Source: Emiliania huxleyi CCMP1516
Lineage: Eukaryota
Length of the DNA stretch: 20,000 nucleotides
Direction of reading: 5' to 3'
NCBI RefSeq assembly: GCF_000372725.1
Contig: NW_005201349.1
Span: 81,361 to 101,360 of the forward strand
Made by a program: the position numbers and the translations under genes. Shown here piece by piece: positions 9,696-19,480 of the stretch (position 1 is the first letter of the stretch; the number at the start of each line of letters is the position of its first letter). The notes beneath the pieces were generated by a model, which saw only the letters and a program-made list of their open reading frames with translations, searched no databases and was not told where the DNA came from.

Positions 9696-11369
9696 GGGGG
9701 GCTTTGAGCCGATTCCTGCGTCGCGCACCCGCCCCGCTGCGGCTACGAGCATCGCGAGTCCTCTCGAGTACTCCCGGCGAATCTCGGCGAATCTCGGCGA
9801 ATCTCGGCGAATCTCGCGCACCCAGCCCGCCGCGTGGACCGCCTCGAGTCCGGAGGCCACGCCGCGGACCCACAACCACCTACGGCCGCACCCGAGGGGC
9901 GTGAAGAGACGCTGCTCGCACCCACAGCCGCGCCGCAGCCCCTCTGCCACCGCGTCGCGTCGGGCACCGCTGCCCCGTCCGCCGCCGCCCCGTCCGCCGC
10001 CGCGCGCTGCTGCCTCTGCTGCCGCCCGCCGCCATGCGAGAGCCAGTGCGCGAGGGTGGGGTAGGGGCAGAGCTCCATCTGGAGAAAGAGCCACGCGCCT
10101 ACGGAAGGGTCCGAGAAGGGTCCGAGAAGGGTCCGAGAAGGTTCCGAAGCTCGTCCATCTGGAACTAGAGCCACGCGCGCCTACAGATGGCAGGCCACGC
10201 TCCCCGTCACAGCTCTCGCCCTGGCTGATCAGCGTCTGCAGGCGTAGCTGCGCGCCCGCGCTCCGGCGCAGTCCGAGCTCGTCGCGCAGTGCGGAGACCA
10301 CCTGCAGGGAAGGGTCCGAGAAGGGTCCGAGAAGGGTCCGAGAAGGGTCCGAGAAGGGTCCGAGAAGGGTCCGAGAAGGGTCCGAGAAGGGTCCGAGAAG
10401 GGTCCGAGAAGGGTCTAAAAGCTCGTCCGCAGTGTGCGGAGACCGGTGAGGGAGGGAGGGAGGGAGGGAGGGGGTCCGGCCGTTCTCCTCGCCGCGCAGC
10501 CCAAAGGCGCTGGCACGTGAGGAGCAGCGAGCAGCGCGCGCAGGGCTGCGCGCGCGTCGACTGGCGGAGAGTGCGCGTGTGTCGAGGGCGCGGCGCGCCT
10601 GGCCGCCGCCAGACGCCGGCGCAACCTGTGCGGTGGTGCGGATGCTGCAGCCGACATCACCTCCGATGCCACTTCTGCTGCCGCTGCTGCCGCTGCTGCC
10701 GCTGCTGCCGCTGCTGCCGCTGCTGCCGCCGCTGCCGCTGCTGCCGACGCTGAAGTCACTCAAGCAGCTGGCCTCGCCCACGCGCCCGCCCGCGCCGCCG
10801 CGCGGGGAGGATGAGAGGGCGCGGACCCAGTCTCCGCCCGCCTCCACCCACGCGCCGTAGTAGCGGAGCAAGTCGTCGGACGGGGGCATAGACGCGAGCG
10901 CCCGCACCTCGGCGAGCGCCGCCGCGTCCACGTCTGCCGGCCAGGCGACCACCTTGATGGCAAACTCGTCTTGCGGCGCGGCGCGGCTGCGCGCGGCGAC
11001 CACGACACCAAAGGCGCCCCTGCCCAGCACGCGGCCGGGCAGAAAGTCGCGGTGCAGACGCGGCAGCGACGGGGCGGAGGCCGAGGAGTCCGCGGGGGCG
11101 GGAGCAGGGTGCGCCGTGGCGGTGGCCACCCCGCAGAGCGGGGTGCGCGCGCCCAGCGAGGACGCGCCGCCGCCGCCGCCGCCGCCGCCGCGCCGCCACC
11201 GCCGGTACTCTGCACGGAGGGCCATGTCTTGGCTGAGCGGTGAGTCGCTGCGGAGGCTGCTCGGCGCATGCGCTGCGGAAACGTGAGCGTTGTTGGCGAG
11301 GGTGCGGACGGCGATGCTGCCGACGACGCCGCTATTGGCGTACGCGCCGCGGTAGAAGGTGGAGCGCAT
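9047..11369 (-). CDS. eIF2-alpha kinase family (HRI/PKR/PERK/GCN2-like) Ser/Thr kinase, multi-exon
   Basis: R..RDF...LGRGAFGVV, FAIK, AEVRALA, LLRYYGAWVE, a low-complexity kinase insert, WLFLQMELC..TLAHWL, VHNDVKPANIF, VKLADFG, GTPAYAPPE, DVFSFGVV.AE...FATSMER, RPSAAEV. Predicted introns: ~10302-10598/10625 (donor uncertain), 10099-10219, 9880-9950, 9546-9821, 9358-9433. Start at 11369 or 11225. Confidence 0.85.
9776..9815. repeat. Intronic 10-bp tandem repeat (GGCGAATCTC)x4
   Basis: Directly visible, just inside the donor of intron 9546-9821. Confidence 0.95.
10105..10148. repeat. Intronic 11-bp repeat (GAAGGGTCCGA), about 4 copies
   Basis: Directly visible, adjacent to the acceptor at 10099. 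Confidence 0.9.
10309..10415. repeat. Intronic 11-bp minisatellite (GAAGGGTCCGA)x9 plus a partial unit
   Basis: Directly visible, adjacent to the acceptor at 10302. Confidence 0.95.
10675..10746 (-). repeat. Coding 9-bp repeat giving a (GSS)n tract in the kinase insert
   Basis: (GCCGCTGCT)n on the + strand; translates as GSSGSGGSSGSSGSSGSSGSSGS. Confidence 0.85.
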
Positions 11370-11455
11370 GGCGTATTCGGGCCGTCTGCCCCGACAGCCG
11401 CGGCCCACAAAACCCCGCTTTCTTTTTCTTTTCGAGCTACTCGAGTTTCGTATGG

Positions 11456-11458
<3 letters not shown>

Positions 11459-11542
<84 letters not shown>
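11459..11542. repeat. (AG)~42 microsatellite upstream of the kinase gene
   Basis: Perfect dinucleotide run. Confidence 0.98.
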
Positions 11543-11543
<1 letters not shown>

Positions 11544-12450
11544 CTTGCTGCTCGCTGCGATGGCGAAGAACTCGTCTCGTCACACGCCAAGGGCTTATGC
11601 TCTGTCGAGACGTGAGGCGTATGCGCCCAGGAGGGGAGGGCGCATGCGTAACGACGCTGCTAGAGATGCCTTTCGGGGCCCAGAGATAAAACTTCTGATG
11701 CCATGCGTGACCTAGTAGTGTCCCCAGCTATGGGCGTGTCCACGTTGGAGCCAGGTGTGGTGTGGACGCGAGAATAGCTCCGCCGTTCATGGAGGCAACC
11801 GATGCGAGTCGACTGGTGTGTGTCGTCGTGGTTTCGTATCAAGAATTCTCTCTCTCTATGGCCAAGGAGGCCGCCTAATCGAATCGCCCGAAGCGCTAGC
11901 GCTTGCGCTAGCGCAAGCTCGCACGGCCTCTCACGCCCCGCTGCTGCCCTCTTGGCGGCTCTCCGCCCGCCAGCTCGACCAACTCGACCGCCGAGAGGCT
12001 GGGCTTGGCCGGCGGCGCGACGCGTGGCCTGTGCTGCGGCCATCTCGGACGTTCAAGCGGCGCCAGCCAGCGGCTTGGCCGCGCATCCTTCACACACGCC
12101 GCCACGACCGGGATGAGCGGGCCCGGTGTCGAGTCATGGTGCGAGCTGCATGTGAGGGGCGGCTGTGGCCACAGCAGGTCCACCAGACGGGCGTCAAAGC
12201 TTGCCGTCGGCGTGCTGTCGTGGGGGGTGCCCGACACGCATTGAGAGGAGCCGAGTGCAGTGGCGAGCCAAAGGCTGCCTGGGTCACCAAGTGATAGCCC
12301 TTGCCAATTCTGAGCAGGGCTGTGCTTTGGTGGGGTTGTGTTTGAGCATGTGTGAAGTGGGAGTGCGTGCCGGCGGTGTCTGTGGCTGAAACGGGCGTGT
12401 GTGAGGCTGCAGAGCCGTGGTATGAGCCATTACCTAGGCCTTGAATAGAA

Positions 12451-12865
12451 TTTTACAACAAAACTCCCTCGCACAACACTGGGCACGGGACTGGCGCGCA
12501 CTGGCACTAACACAGGTACACCACGGGAGCCGCCTAAGCGACTCCTGCGAGGGCGGCGAGGCACTTAGCTCCGTGCACCCGCCCACCCCCGCCACACACA
12601 GGCAAGCTCATTCACGACCTGCTCTGCGATGGCCGTGTGAAGAACGACTGAGATGCGCTGCTTCTGCAGCCCCAGCCAGCTCTTGGTGGTCCAAGTCACC
12701 TCATCGAGGTACTGGGCCCGCGTCAGCTTGTTCTGTAGCACGTCCGCCGCCTTCCGGAGGATCTCACGGACCCCCTTTCCGAACCTGCCGAACGATTCGA
12801 ACAGCAGCAGCTGCACTTCGACGCCCTTGTCTTCCCTGGCGTAGCGATAGTCCCCGCGTAGGACG
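12451..12865 (-). mobile_element. 5'-truncated non-LTR retrotransposon with restriction-like endonuclease C-terminus (CRE/R2-group-like), with 11-bp TSD
   Basis: Minus strand encodes GDYRYAREDKGVEVQLLLFESFGRFGKGVREILRK...WLGLQKQRISVVLHTAIAEQV, resembling the RLE-LINE 'Y...f.pl.fEt.G..g.....QRiSv.l' terminus. It is followed by a 3' UTR ending ...GAGTTTTGTTGTAAAA. Flanked by direct repeats CTTGAATAGAA at 12440-12450 and 12866-12876. Confidence 0.8.
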
Positions 12866-14611
12866 CTTGAATAGAAACAAGCGAAGGCACACACAACATG
12901 ACGCCAAACACACGATTGCACGCACCGCACCGGACCCCGCACCCCGCCACTGTGTGCTTGATCCGGCGGTATATTTTTGGGCTATCTCTGCTCAAAAACG
13001 ATGTCAAGCGCCCGCTCGCAGCCAGCCGCGCCGCGCCCCTGGGCGCTCCCCGCTGCGGCGCGCCGCCCGCGCGCGGGTTGCCCGGGCGAGCGACCGCCAC
13101 CGCTCGCCCCTCAGCACCCTCTGCCCGCGCACGGCCGACGCGCAAGCCCGCGGTCGCGCGCGAGCCGTCGCTTTGCGCACGCCGCCGTCTACCCGCGCTC
13201 GCTCGCGAACGAGTCCGGTGACCCTATATTCCGAGTAGCGGAGGTGTGCTTGCACCCCCTTCCCAAGGCACATGCACTTTGGAGGGAGAAAGTGGCCACT
13301 GCGGCGGCCGCAATCTCACATTAGGCACCTCACCCCCAGCAGGCGCGTTCTCGGCGTGCTGCTCCTGCACAGGTTTTGCGGCCGCCCCGAGAGGGGGAGC
13401 GGCCGCTCCTCCGCACCATCGGCCCACGGCATCCTGGGCGGCGTCGGCGCCGCCCCAACGGCCGGCTCGGGCGCTTCCCGCCCCGCCTCGGCTACACTTT
13501 GTCGCGGCGATCCAGCGGTGCGCCGCCGCACGGCGCGCCTCCCCGGAGCCTCTGTACGGCGCGATGAGCCGCCTCGGCTGCCGCCGTGGTTGCGCCGGCG
13601 CCCCTCCCGCACGGCGCGACGCTACCGCAGCCGCCTGCGTGGTCTCACTCACCTCTCCCGCCCGCGCGTCCGCCTCTCAGACCCGCGCCTCCCCTTTCCC
13701 AGGCGCCATCACCGGCACGGCCGCCGCCGCCCGTGCGGCACCCGCGGCACCTCCCGCCCCCCTGGCGATGCTGGCCGCTACCCCGCCGCCGTAGCTACCC
13801 TCCCCACCGCTGGTGCACCGCCTCCGCTGCCCCCCTCGGCGCTTCGCCCGTGATTTTGCCGCCTCCTCCTCCACCACCACCCGTCTAAGCTTCCGCCCGC
13901 CTTCTCGCCACCGCCGTCCGCGCCACCTCAGCCGCCCTCCCCGGCGCTGCACCGGCGCTGCAGTGCCGTCGGCGCCGCCGCCCGTGCCGCCTCGGCCTCT
14001 GCGCCTCCAACCTCGCCGCGTCCGCAGCGGTTCCGCCCTCGGCGCCTCCCACCTCTCACCCGCCAGGTCGAACTTCCGCCGACGATGGTGCCACCGCTGC
14101 CGCCCCCCCGCTCGAGCCTCGGCCGCCGCACCCCGCCGTCCGCGCCCCGCCGCCACCCCCTCCGTCACGGCACACGCCGGCACCACCGCTACTACCGCTG
14201 GCTCCGCCCTAGACGCCGCCGACCGCTCGCAAGAGCGGCGAGCCCGGGGCCGACACCCCTCTGTTAGGTGACGGTCGACGGCTCCTTTCGAGGCTTTGTG
14301 GCCCTTTAAGAGGGCACCAGCAGCTTGGGGGGTGCGCGCTGGATGGCCGGCGCGGTGGAGCAGCGGCGCGGAGCCGGGGGTGCGATGTGCGGCCGTCGGT
14401 GGCGCGACACGCGGCCTCCGGCGGCGATTCGCCGCGGCTCCGGCGGTGCGATTTTTGTGCGTTTTCGAAGGCTGTGGGCGGGATAAGGCCGGCTAGACTG
14501 GCCCTGGTGTGCCCTAGTGTGTTCCCTTACACCCCTGGCCCGGGAGCAGTAGCGCGGTGCGCGTCCCGAGGGCGTAGGGGCTCAAAAAAAAAAACAATTG
14601 ATTGTTTTTTT

Positions 14612-16560
14612 CAGCCACTTAGAAGAGTGAAAGCATCCACCAGTGAAAGGATGCGGCTCACGATATATCTCGGTACCAGTGCAAATAGAAGGCTACCTGG
14701 CGAAGCTGCAGAACTTCTATTTTCACTCCAAGGACGCACCTCGACAACAGATGATAGAAGAGATATCCAAAAACGGGTACCTAAGCAGAGGAGGAATCAT
14801 AGCAGGGGACTTCAACATGCTCGACGACCCCCTCATCGACTGTGAGAAGGGGGAATACACAGCAAACGCAGGGTTTAAAGCTTGGAGGGCAGAAGCATCC
14901 AAAAAAGGCCTCACGGACGCTTATAGGAAATTTCACGGCTACGAGGCTAAGAGCGGATTCACCCGGAGACACGGAACAAACTACACAAGAATCGACAGAT
15001 TCTACATACGAAGACACTTCTCCCTCTTTCACATAGTCAGAATAGAGCCAGACCCCAACCTCTTCGTTGGAAGCGCCAAATCCGATCACCACCCCGTCGT
15101 GCTAGAGATCGAGACACCTTCCTCCACGACACCACCGAAGGGAGAAATCAAAATAGACGAGACCCTTTTCAACGACCCAAAAATACACAAAGAAATTCAA
15201 GAAATATGGAAGAAGGCCTATGCGGGCAAGAAAAACGAGGCCGAGGCAGCCAAATTCACAGAAGCTATCGAGCAAACGACAGCCCATCTCCACCAGGAAA
15301 CCAGGAGAAAGCGACACACACCAGACGCAGCCGAGCTGATCAAGAGAGGGATCGCACGAATGGAAAAATCTTACAAAGACCAATCATCCCCGGCGATCAC
15401 CCGAAGGATGGCCAAACTACACGAAAGATACGCGGAAGCCTTAGCGAAAAGAAAAGCCAACGCCGAGATCGAGAGACGCAAGGCCGAGCTCAAACAACGT
15501 CCCACGAAGAGCTTCTTTCGAAAGCTCCAGCCGGGGCACGCGTCGAGAACCATCTCCTCCCTACACCGCACACCCGACTGGGACAAGCCAGATGAGAAAA
15601 ACGGGGTCACGACGGACCCGGATGAAATATGCGACGAACTAGCGAGATACTATCAATGGCTGTTTGGACCAAAACAAACCATAAAACAAAAACGAGACAT
15701 CTTACTGACTAAACTAGAGGAAGGACAGCGCTTCTCGGACGCCGATGCCAAAGATATGGGCAAACCATTCAACAAGCACGAGGTCCGAGACGCGATCAAT
15801 CTCATGAAAGAAGGGAAATCACCAACACATGTGGAACCAAATAATAGTCTCCTTCTACGAAGAAGAAGACATCAAACCCGGACAAACCTGGAAGGCGGTC
15901 TTGAACCTATTAGTGAGAAACATGCAAGCGTACTCGGGGGAGGCCAGAACTAGGCTCCGACGAATAAGACGCAAGAGCGACCGAGTCAGCGATTCGACCA
16001 TGAAAGAAATAAGCGACAAAGTAGAACCCATGGGGACGATTGACTACTACGGCAGACTACGACTGAGCAGGCGAGTGAATGAAGAACTAAGGAGAGTGGG
16101 ACTCGACCACCTCACCACAGAAGAGGCGACGACTCACGCACGAGAGATCAGGTTCGTCAAGGCCTCACAAGCTAGCACAACAAACACCTAAAGACTTAAA
16201 GGCATCACACTACAAGGAACGCGGCTGAGCTGACTCCCTGTAGGGGGCGCCTCGGTGAACCAGGGACTAGGATCTCGCGCAGACGACACAGGGCGTGCTG
16301 CGCCCCGCGCGATCCCTGGCGCAGAGGAGGCTGAGCTGCCGAACTTAGGATGCCTGCAAAGGCTGGCGAAAGCCAGCGAGACACGCCCACAACTCATATC
16401 CACTACAACAAGCCATTGATGCCCCAATAGGCCCCACCACCCCACCCCTAGGCAATGCCGCGCACATGTCTAGTCATCGGAGAGGACGTGCCGGGGGGGG
16501 GGGGGGGTCGGAGCAGCGTGCTCACTCGTGTCCCGGCGTATGATGGGGTAGGCAAAAAAA
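14612..16560 (+). mobile_element. L1/Tx1-type LINE remnant: partial APE endonuclease plus linker, RT deleted, ORF2 C-terminus, 3' UTR and short poly(A)
   Basis: Sharp switch to A-rich composition. Motifs IIAGDFN, LTDAYRKFH, FT, TRIDRFY, SDHHPV, TKSFF, YYQWLF and KPF...EV..AI..MK.GKSP. The frame breaks at ~15824 exactly where GPDG and the RT should begin. A different frame continues to the stop at 16189-16191. Ends GGCAAAAAAA at 16560. Confidence 0.85.
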
Positions 16561-16690
16561 TTACAACAAAACTCCCTCGCACGACTGCATGGTGTGGCCT
16601 CCCTTCTTGTGCGCGGCCGAGAGAGTGGGGGTGGTCAACATGCACGGAGAGATCGCGCAGAGCCGCGCCGGCGGCTGCCGACAGCAGCGC
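16561..16690 (-). mobile_element. Short retroposon-like piece sharing the 22-nt 3' terminus of the CRE-like LINE
   Basis: TTACAACAAAACTCCCTCGCAC at 16561-16582 is identical to 12453-12474. The sequence beyond diverges and the distal boundary is a guess. Confidence 0.5.
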
Positions 16691-17079
16691 ATAAAAGAAT
16701 TTTATCCTCCACACTGGCCAGGCCCGTGTGGTGGCGGCGTGCCGTCCTCCCATCCCTCCCTTGGGTTGTCTGTTTTATTTCTCCTAATTTTAGGCCAGGA
16801 CCGCCTATGCGACTCCGTAGTCCGTTGAGAACGGCAATGCATACCATTCTGCTCCGTGTGCACAAATGCCGCTCTCCCCGCATGCTAGCTCGTTCACCGT
16901 CGAGCCGGCTCGCGCGGCGTCGTCCCTTGCCACACGCCACAGCGGTGCGTGGAGAACCTTTACGACGTCTCTCGCATAAAAGAACTGTGCGGTGATTCGC
17001 TCCCGGCGAGCCTCCGTTCCCCCTTTATCGATAACCGCTAATTGCAACGACGCGTTCGCCTCGACACGGATGTCATCTC

Positions 17080-18594
17080 CTACACGAGGCGCTGCAGCAT
17101 CCACATCATCACCGGCTCGCGGCAGTACGGGCAGTCGCGCATCCGATCCGCGCAAGCGCCGCACGCGCACTGGTGCCCACATGGCACGGCGATGTGCGTC
17201 TTCGGCCTGGTAAAACACACGATGCATGTGGTCTCGCCGCCGAGGGTGGACTCAGGAACAACCGCCCGGCCAGTGTCGAAGTCGGCGTTGGCGAGCGAGA
17301 CGGTCGCCACCGCTGGCTGGGGCTCTCCCGACACCGCATCGTCGGAGACGGAGTCGGAGCTCGGGTCCTCGGGTCCGATCGAGTCCTCATCGGGGGCCGC
17401 GGCAGCAAGCTGCGACGGCGACTCCGATGGCGGCGCAAAGGACTCGGCGAGGTCGGCCGGAGCAGCGGCGCCAACCTCCGGTGATGGCTCCTCTAGTGCC
17501 TGTCCCTCTGGCACTACACTCAGCCTCGCCGTCGCCTCGCCGAGGCAGCGGACAGGCACTCCCGCCTCCTTCTCCGCCTCGGGCGCCGCCACCTCTGCAT
17601 CCACCTCTGCCAAGTCCGCCTCACCCGCCGCCTCGCCGTGCGCCTGCGACGACCCTGCCCTGCCCTTCCCCTTCTTCTTCTTCTTCTTTCCCTTCTTGCT
17701 TTCCTTCTTCTTGTCTTCCGCCTCCTTCTCCGCCTCGAGCTCCGCCAGAAGCGCGTCGCCTAGGCACAACCAGGTGTGTGATGACAAAGCCCAACCTCCA
17801 TGTCCGCCAAAAGGCGTCTCGCCTCGCCGCTTCGCCTCCGTCTCCTTCGCCGCCCTCGCCGCCCTTGCTTGCTCCTCGATCAGCTTTGCGCACTCGGTGT
17901 GGCCTGCCTGCCTCGCATACTGCAGCGCCGTCTTGCCCCTCGCGTCGCACAGCTCCAGGTCCGCACCGCGCTGCAGAAACGTCTCGACCAGACGCTCATG
18001 GCCGTTGCCGGCGGCAAGCATCAGCATCGTGGTGTCGTCCACGCCGTCACACAGGAACGTTGCGTCCATCTGGCCGCCGCTGTCGACCCAAGCCTCAACC
18101 GTCGCCTCCCTGCCTCGCTCGGCCGCCCTCCAGACCTCCTCGGGGACCTTACACTCCAACATCCCCTCTGCCGCGTGCACGTCCCGGGGCAGCACCTTGT
18201 GGCCTCCTTGCGGCCTGAAGGCCTTCACGCACTCGGCGTGTCCCCTCCGGTGTGCGATCTCCATCGCGGTCAGCCCGCTCTCATTGCGCAGCCGAGTGTT
18301 TGCCCCGCCCCGCAGCAATTTGCGCACGATCGCAGCCTCGCCGAAGTAGGCGGCCGCCATGAGCGCAGTCATTCCGTTGCTCGCCCGCGCGTCCAGGGAT
18401 GCGCCATGCTCCAGGAGCAGGTCGACCATGCCGGGCTGGCCAAAGTTGGAGGCGGCCATTAGCAGCGTCAGCCCGGCAACCGGGCCTTGGGTGAAGGCTG
18501 CGCTCGGGTCGCCGCCGTCAGCGAGATAGGCCCGCGCCGCCGCCTCGTTGCCTCTCTGGACCGCCTGCAGGATAGCATCGCGCGCCGGCGCCAT
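17080..18594 (-). CDS. Ankyrin-repeat protein with C-terminal C3HC4 RING finger (putative E3 ubiquitin ligase)
   Basis: Two ankyrin clusters (TLLMAAS..G...MVDLLLEHGA; G.TALM.AA..G....VRKLL..GA; TMLMLAA.NGHERLV..FL.RGA; GKTALQYA...GHTEC), a Lys-rich coil (DALLAELEAEKE..KKKKKK) and the RING CIVC..........PCGH.C.C..C.....CPYCR. Probable in-frame 63-nt GC-AG intron at 17760-17822. Confidence 0.92.
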   Translation of the reverse strand: MAPARDAILQAVQRGNEAAARAYLADGGDPSAAFTQGPVAGLTLLMAASNFGQPGMVDLLLEHGASLDARASNGMTALMAAAYFGEAAIVRKLLRGGANTRLRNESGLTAMEIAHRRGHAECVKAFRPQGGHKVLPRDVHAAEGMLECKVPEEVWRAAERGREATVEAWVDSGGQMDATFLCDGVDDTTMLMLAAGNGHERLVETFLQRGADLELCDARGKTALQYARQAGHTECAKLIEEQARAARAAKETEAKRRGETPFGGHGGWALSSHTWLCLGDALLAELEAEKEAEDKKKESKKGKKKKKKGKGRAGSSQAHGEAAGEADLAEVDAEVAAPEAEKEAGVPVRCLGEATARLSVVPEGQALEEPSPEVGAAAPADLAESFAPPSESPSQLAAAAPDEDSIGPEDPSSDSVSDDAVSGEPQPAVATVSLANADFDTGRAVVPESTLGGETTCIVCFTRPKTHIAVPCGHQCACGACADRMRDCPYCREPVMMWMLQRLV

Positions 18595-19480
18595 TGTTCG
18601 CGGGGATGGAGCCCTAGCCCGCTTGGAGCAGAGGAAGGTGAACTGCGCGCGCAGCACCGCGAGCAGAGGAGGTGAACCCCAACGCCAGCGCTCACACACA
18701 CACTCTCAGAGAGAAAGAAAGAAACCCGGCGCCGTTTGTGCCGCGTCCCGTGCCCCCGAGTTCATTTTACATGTATAAGAAAGAAAAAAGACGCGCACTC
18801 ACACACACCTAAAAAATTCTTTTTTTCGAGCGGTGCAGAGCGGCTACCGACATGACAGTTGGCGACGGTCAATCAGGAGTGTTTTTTCTTTTTTTCAAAA
18901 AATCCCGAAAGGGCAAGTTTAGCCACTCGAAACCCGAGACCCCTCCCCCCCGCCCCGATCCCCCCACCCCCTTGCTCCCCCTCCCCCCCTCGGGAGGGCC
19001 GAACTGAGGCGCCCGTGGGGACCCCGCAATTCCCTCCCCCCCTCGGAGGGGGCCGGACGAGGCGTACCCCGAGGGCCCCACTCTTTCCTTCGCATAGCGG
19101 CCACTCTTCGGATCGCTGGTCGAGCGACCCGGGGGATGCCCCGCGCGCCTGACCCAGGCGCGAAAACGAATCTGCGAGGCGTGGCCGCTCACGCGGCCCG
19201 ATGGGGAGGAGGGGAAGACGTAGGGCGTGCTTGCGCGCCTTTCTGAGGCCCCTCCAACCCACCCGCGCTAGGTCTCGGGGGACGAAGGGGTCACACCCGA
19301 CGACCTCGGGAACTAGCCGGGGCAGTCGGAGAAGTGGCAACTCCGTGCACTGACGGTCGGCCGTCAGAAAACACGCCTCCGTGGCTCGGGTTACACCAAT
19401 CCTCGCTACCCAACGCGGCCAAAGGATATCCACCTCGAGAACGCGAATTTTTTTCTTTTTTCGTAAATCCCGCCACCTCC

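Noticed and set aside
10309..10415. CRISPR-like array
   Set aside because: These are head-to-tail 11-bp repeats with no spacers, inside a eukaryotic intron, and there are no cas genes.
8559..11459. 966-aa ORF as a single protein
   Set aside because: It reads through introns and minisatellites; the kinase motifs switch frames, so the gene is spliced.
11240..11715. ORFs with ERERER tracts
   Set aside because: These are translations of the (AG)n microsatellite.
11700..12430. Possible gene between the kinase and the CRE-like element
   Set aside because: No recognisable domain or consistent codon bias in any frame.
12977..14500. Overlapping Ala/Pro/Arg-rich ORFs
   Set aside because: Low-complexity GC-rich DNA with no motif. 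It could be part of a repeat, but this cannot be supported from the sequence.
16220..16380. Hammerhead ribozyme in the LINE 3' UTR
   Set aside because: The CUGANGA core is absent (CTGAGCT instead).
17042..18349. 435-aa plus-strand ORF
   Set aside because: It is the antisense shadow of the ankyrin-RING gene.
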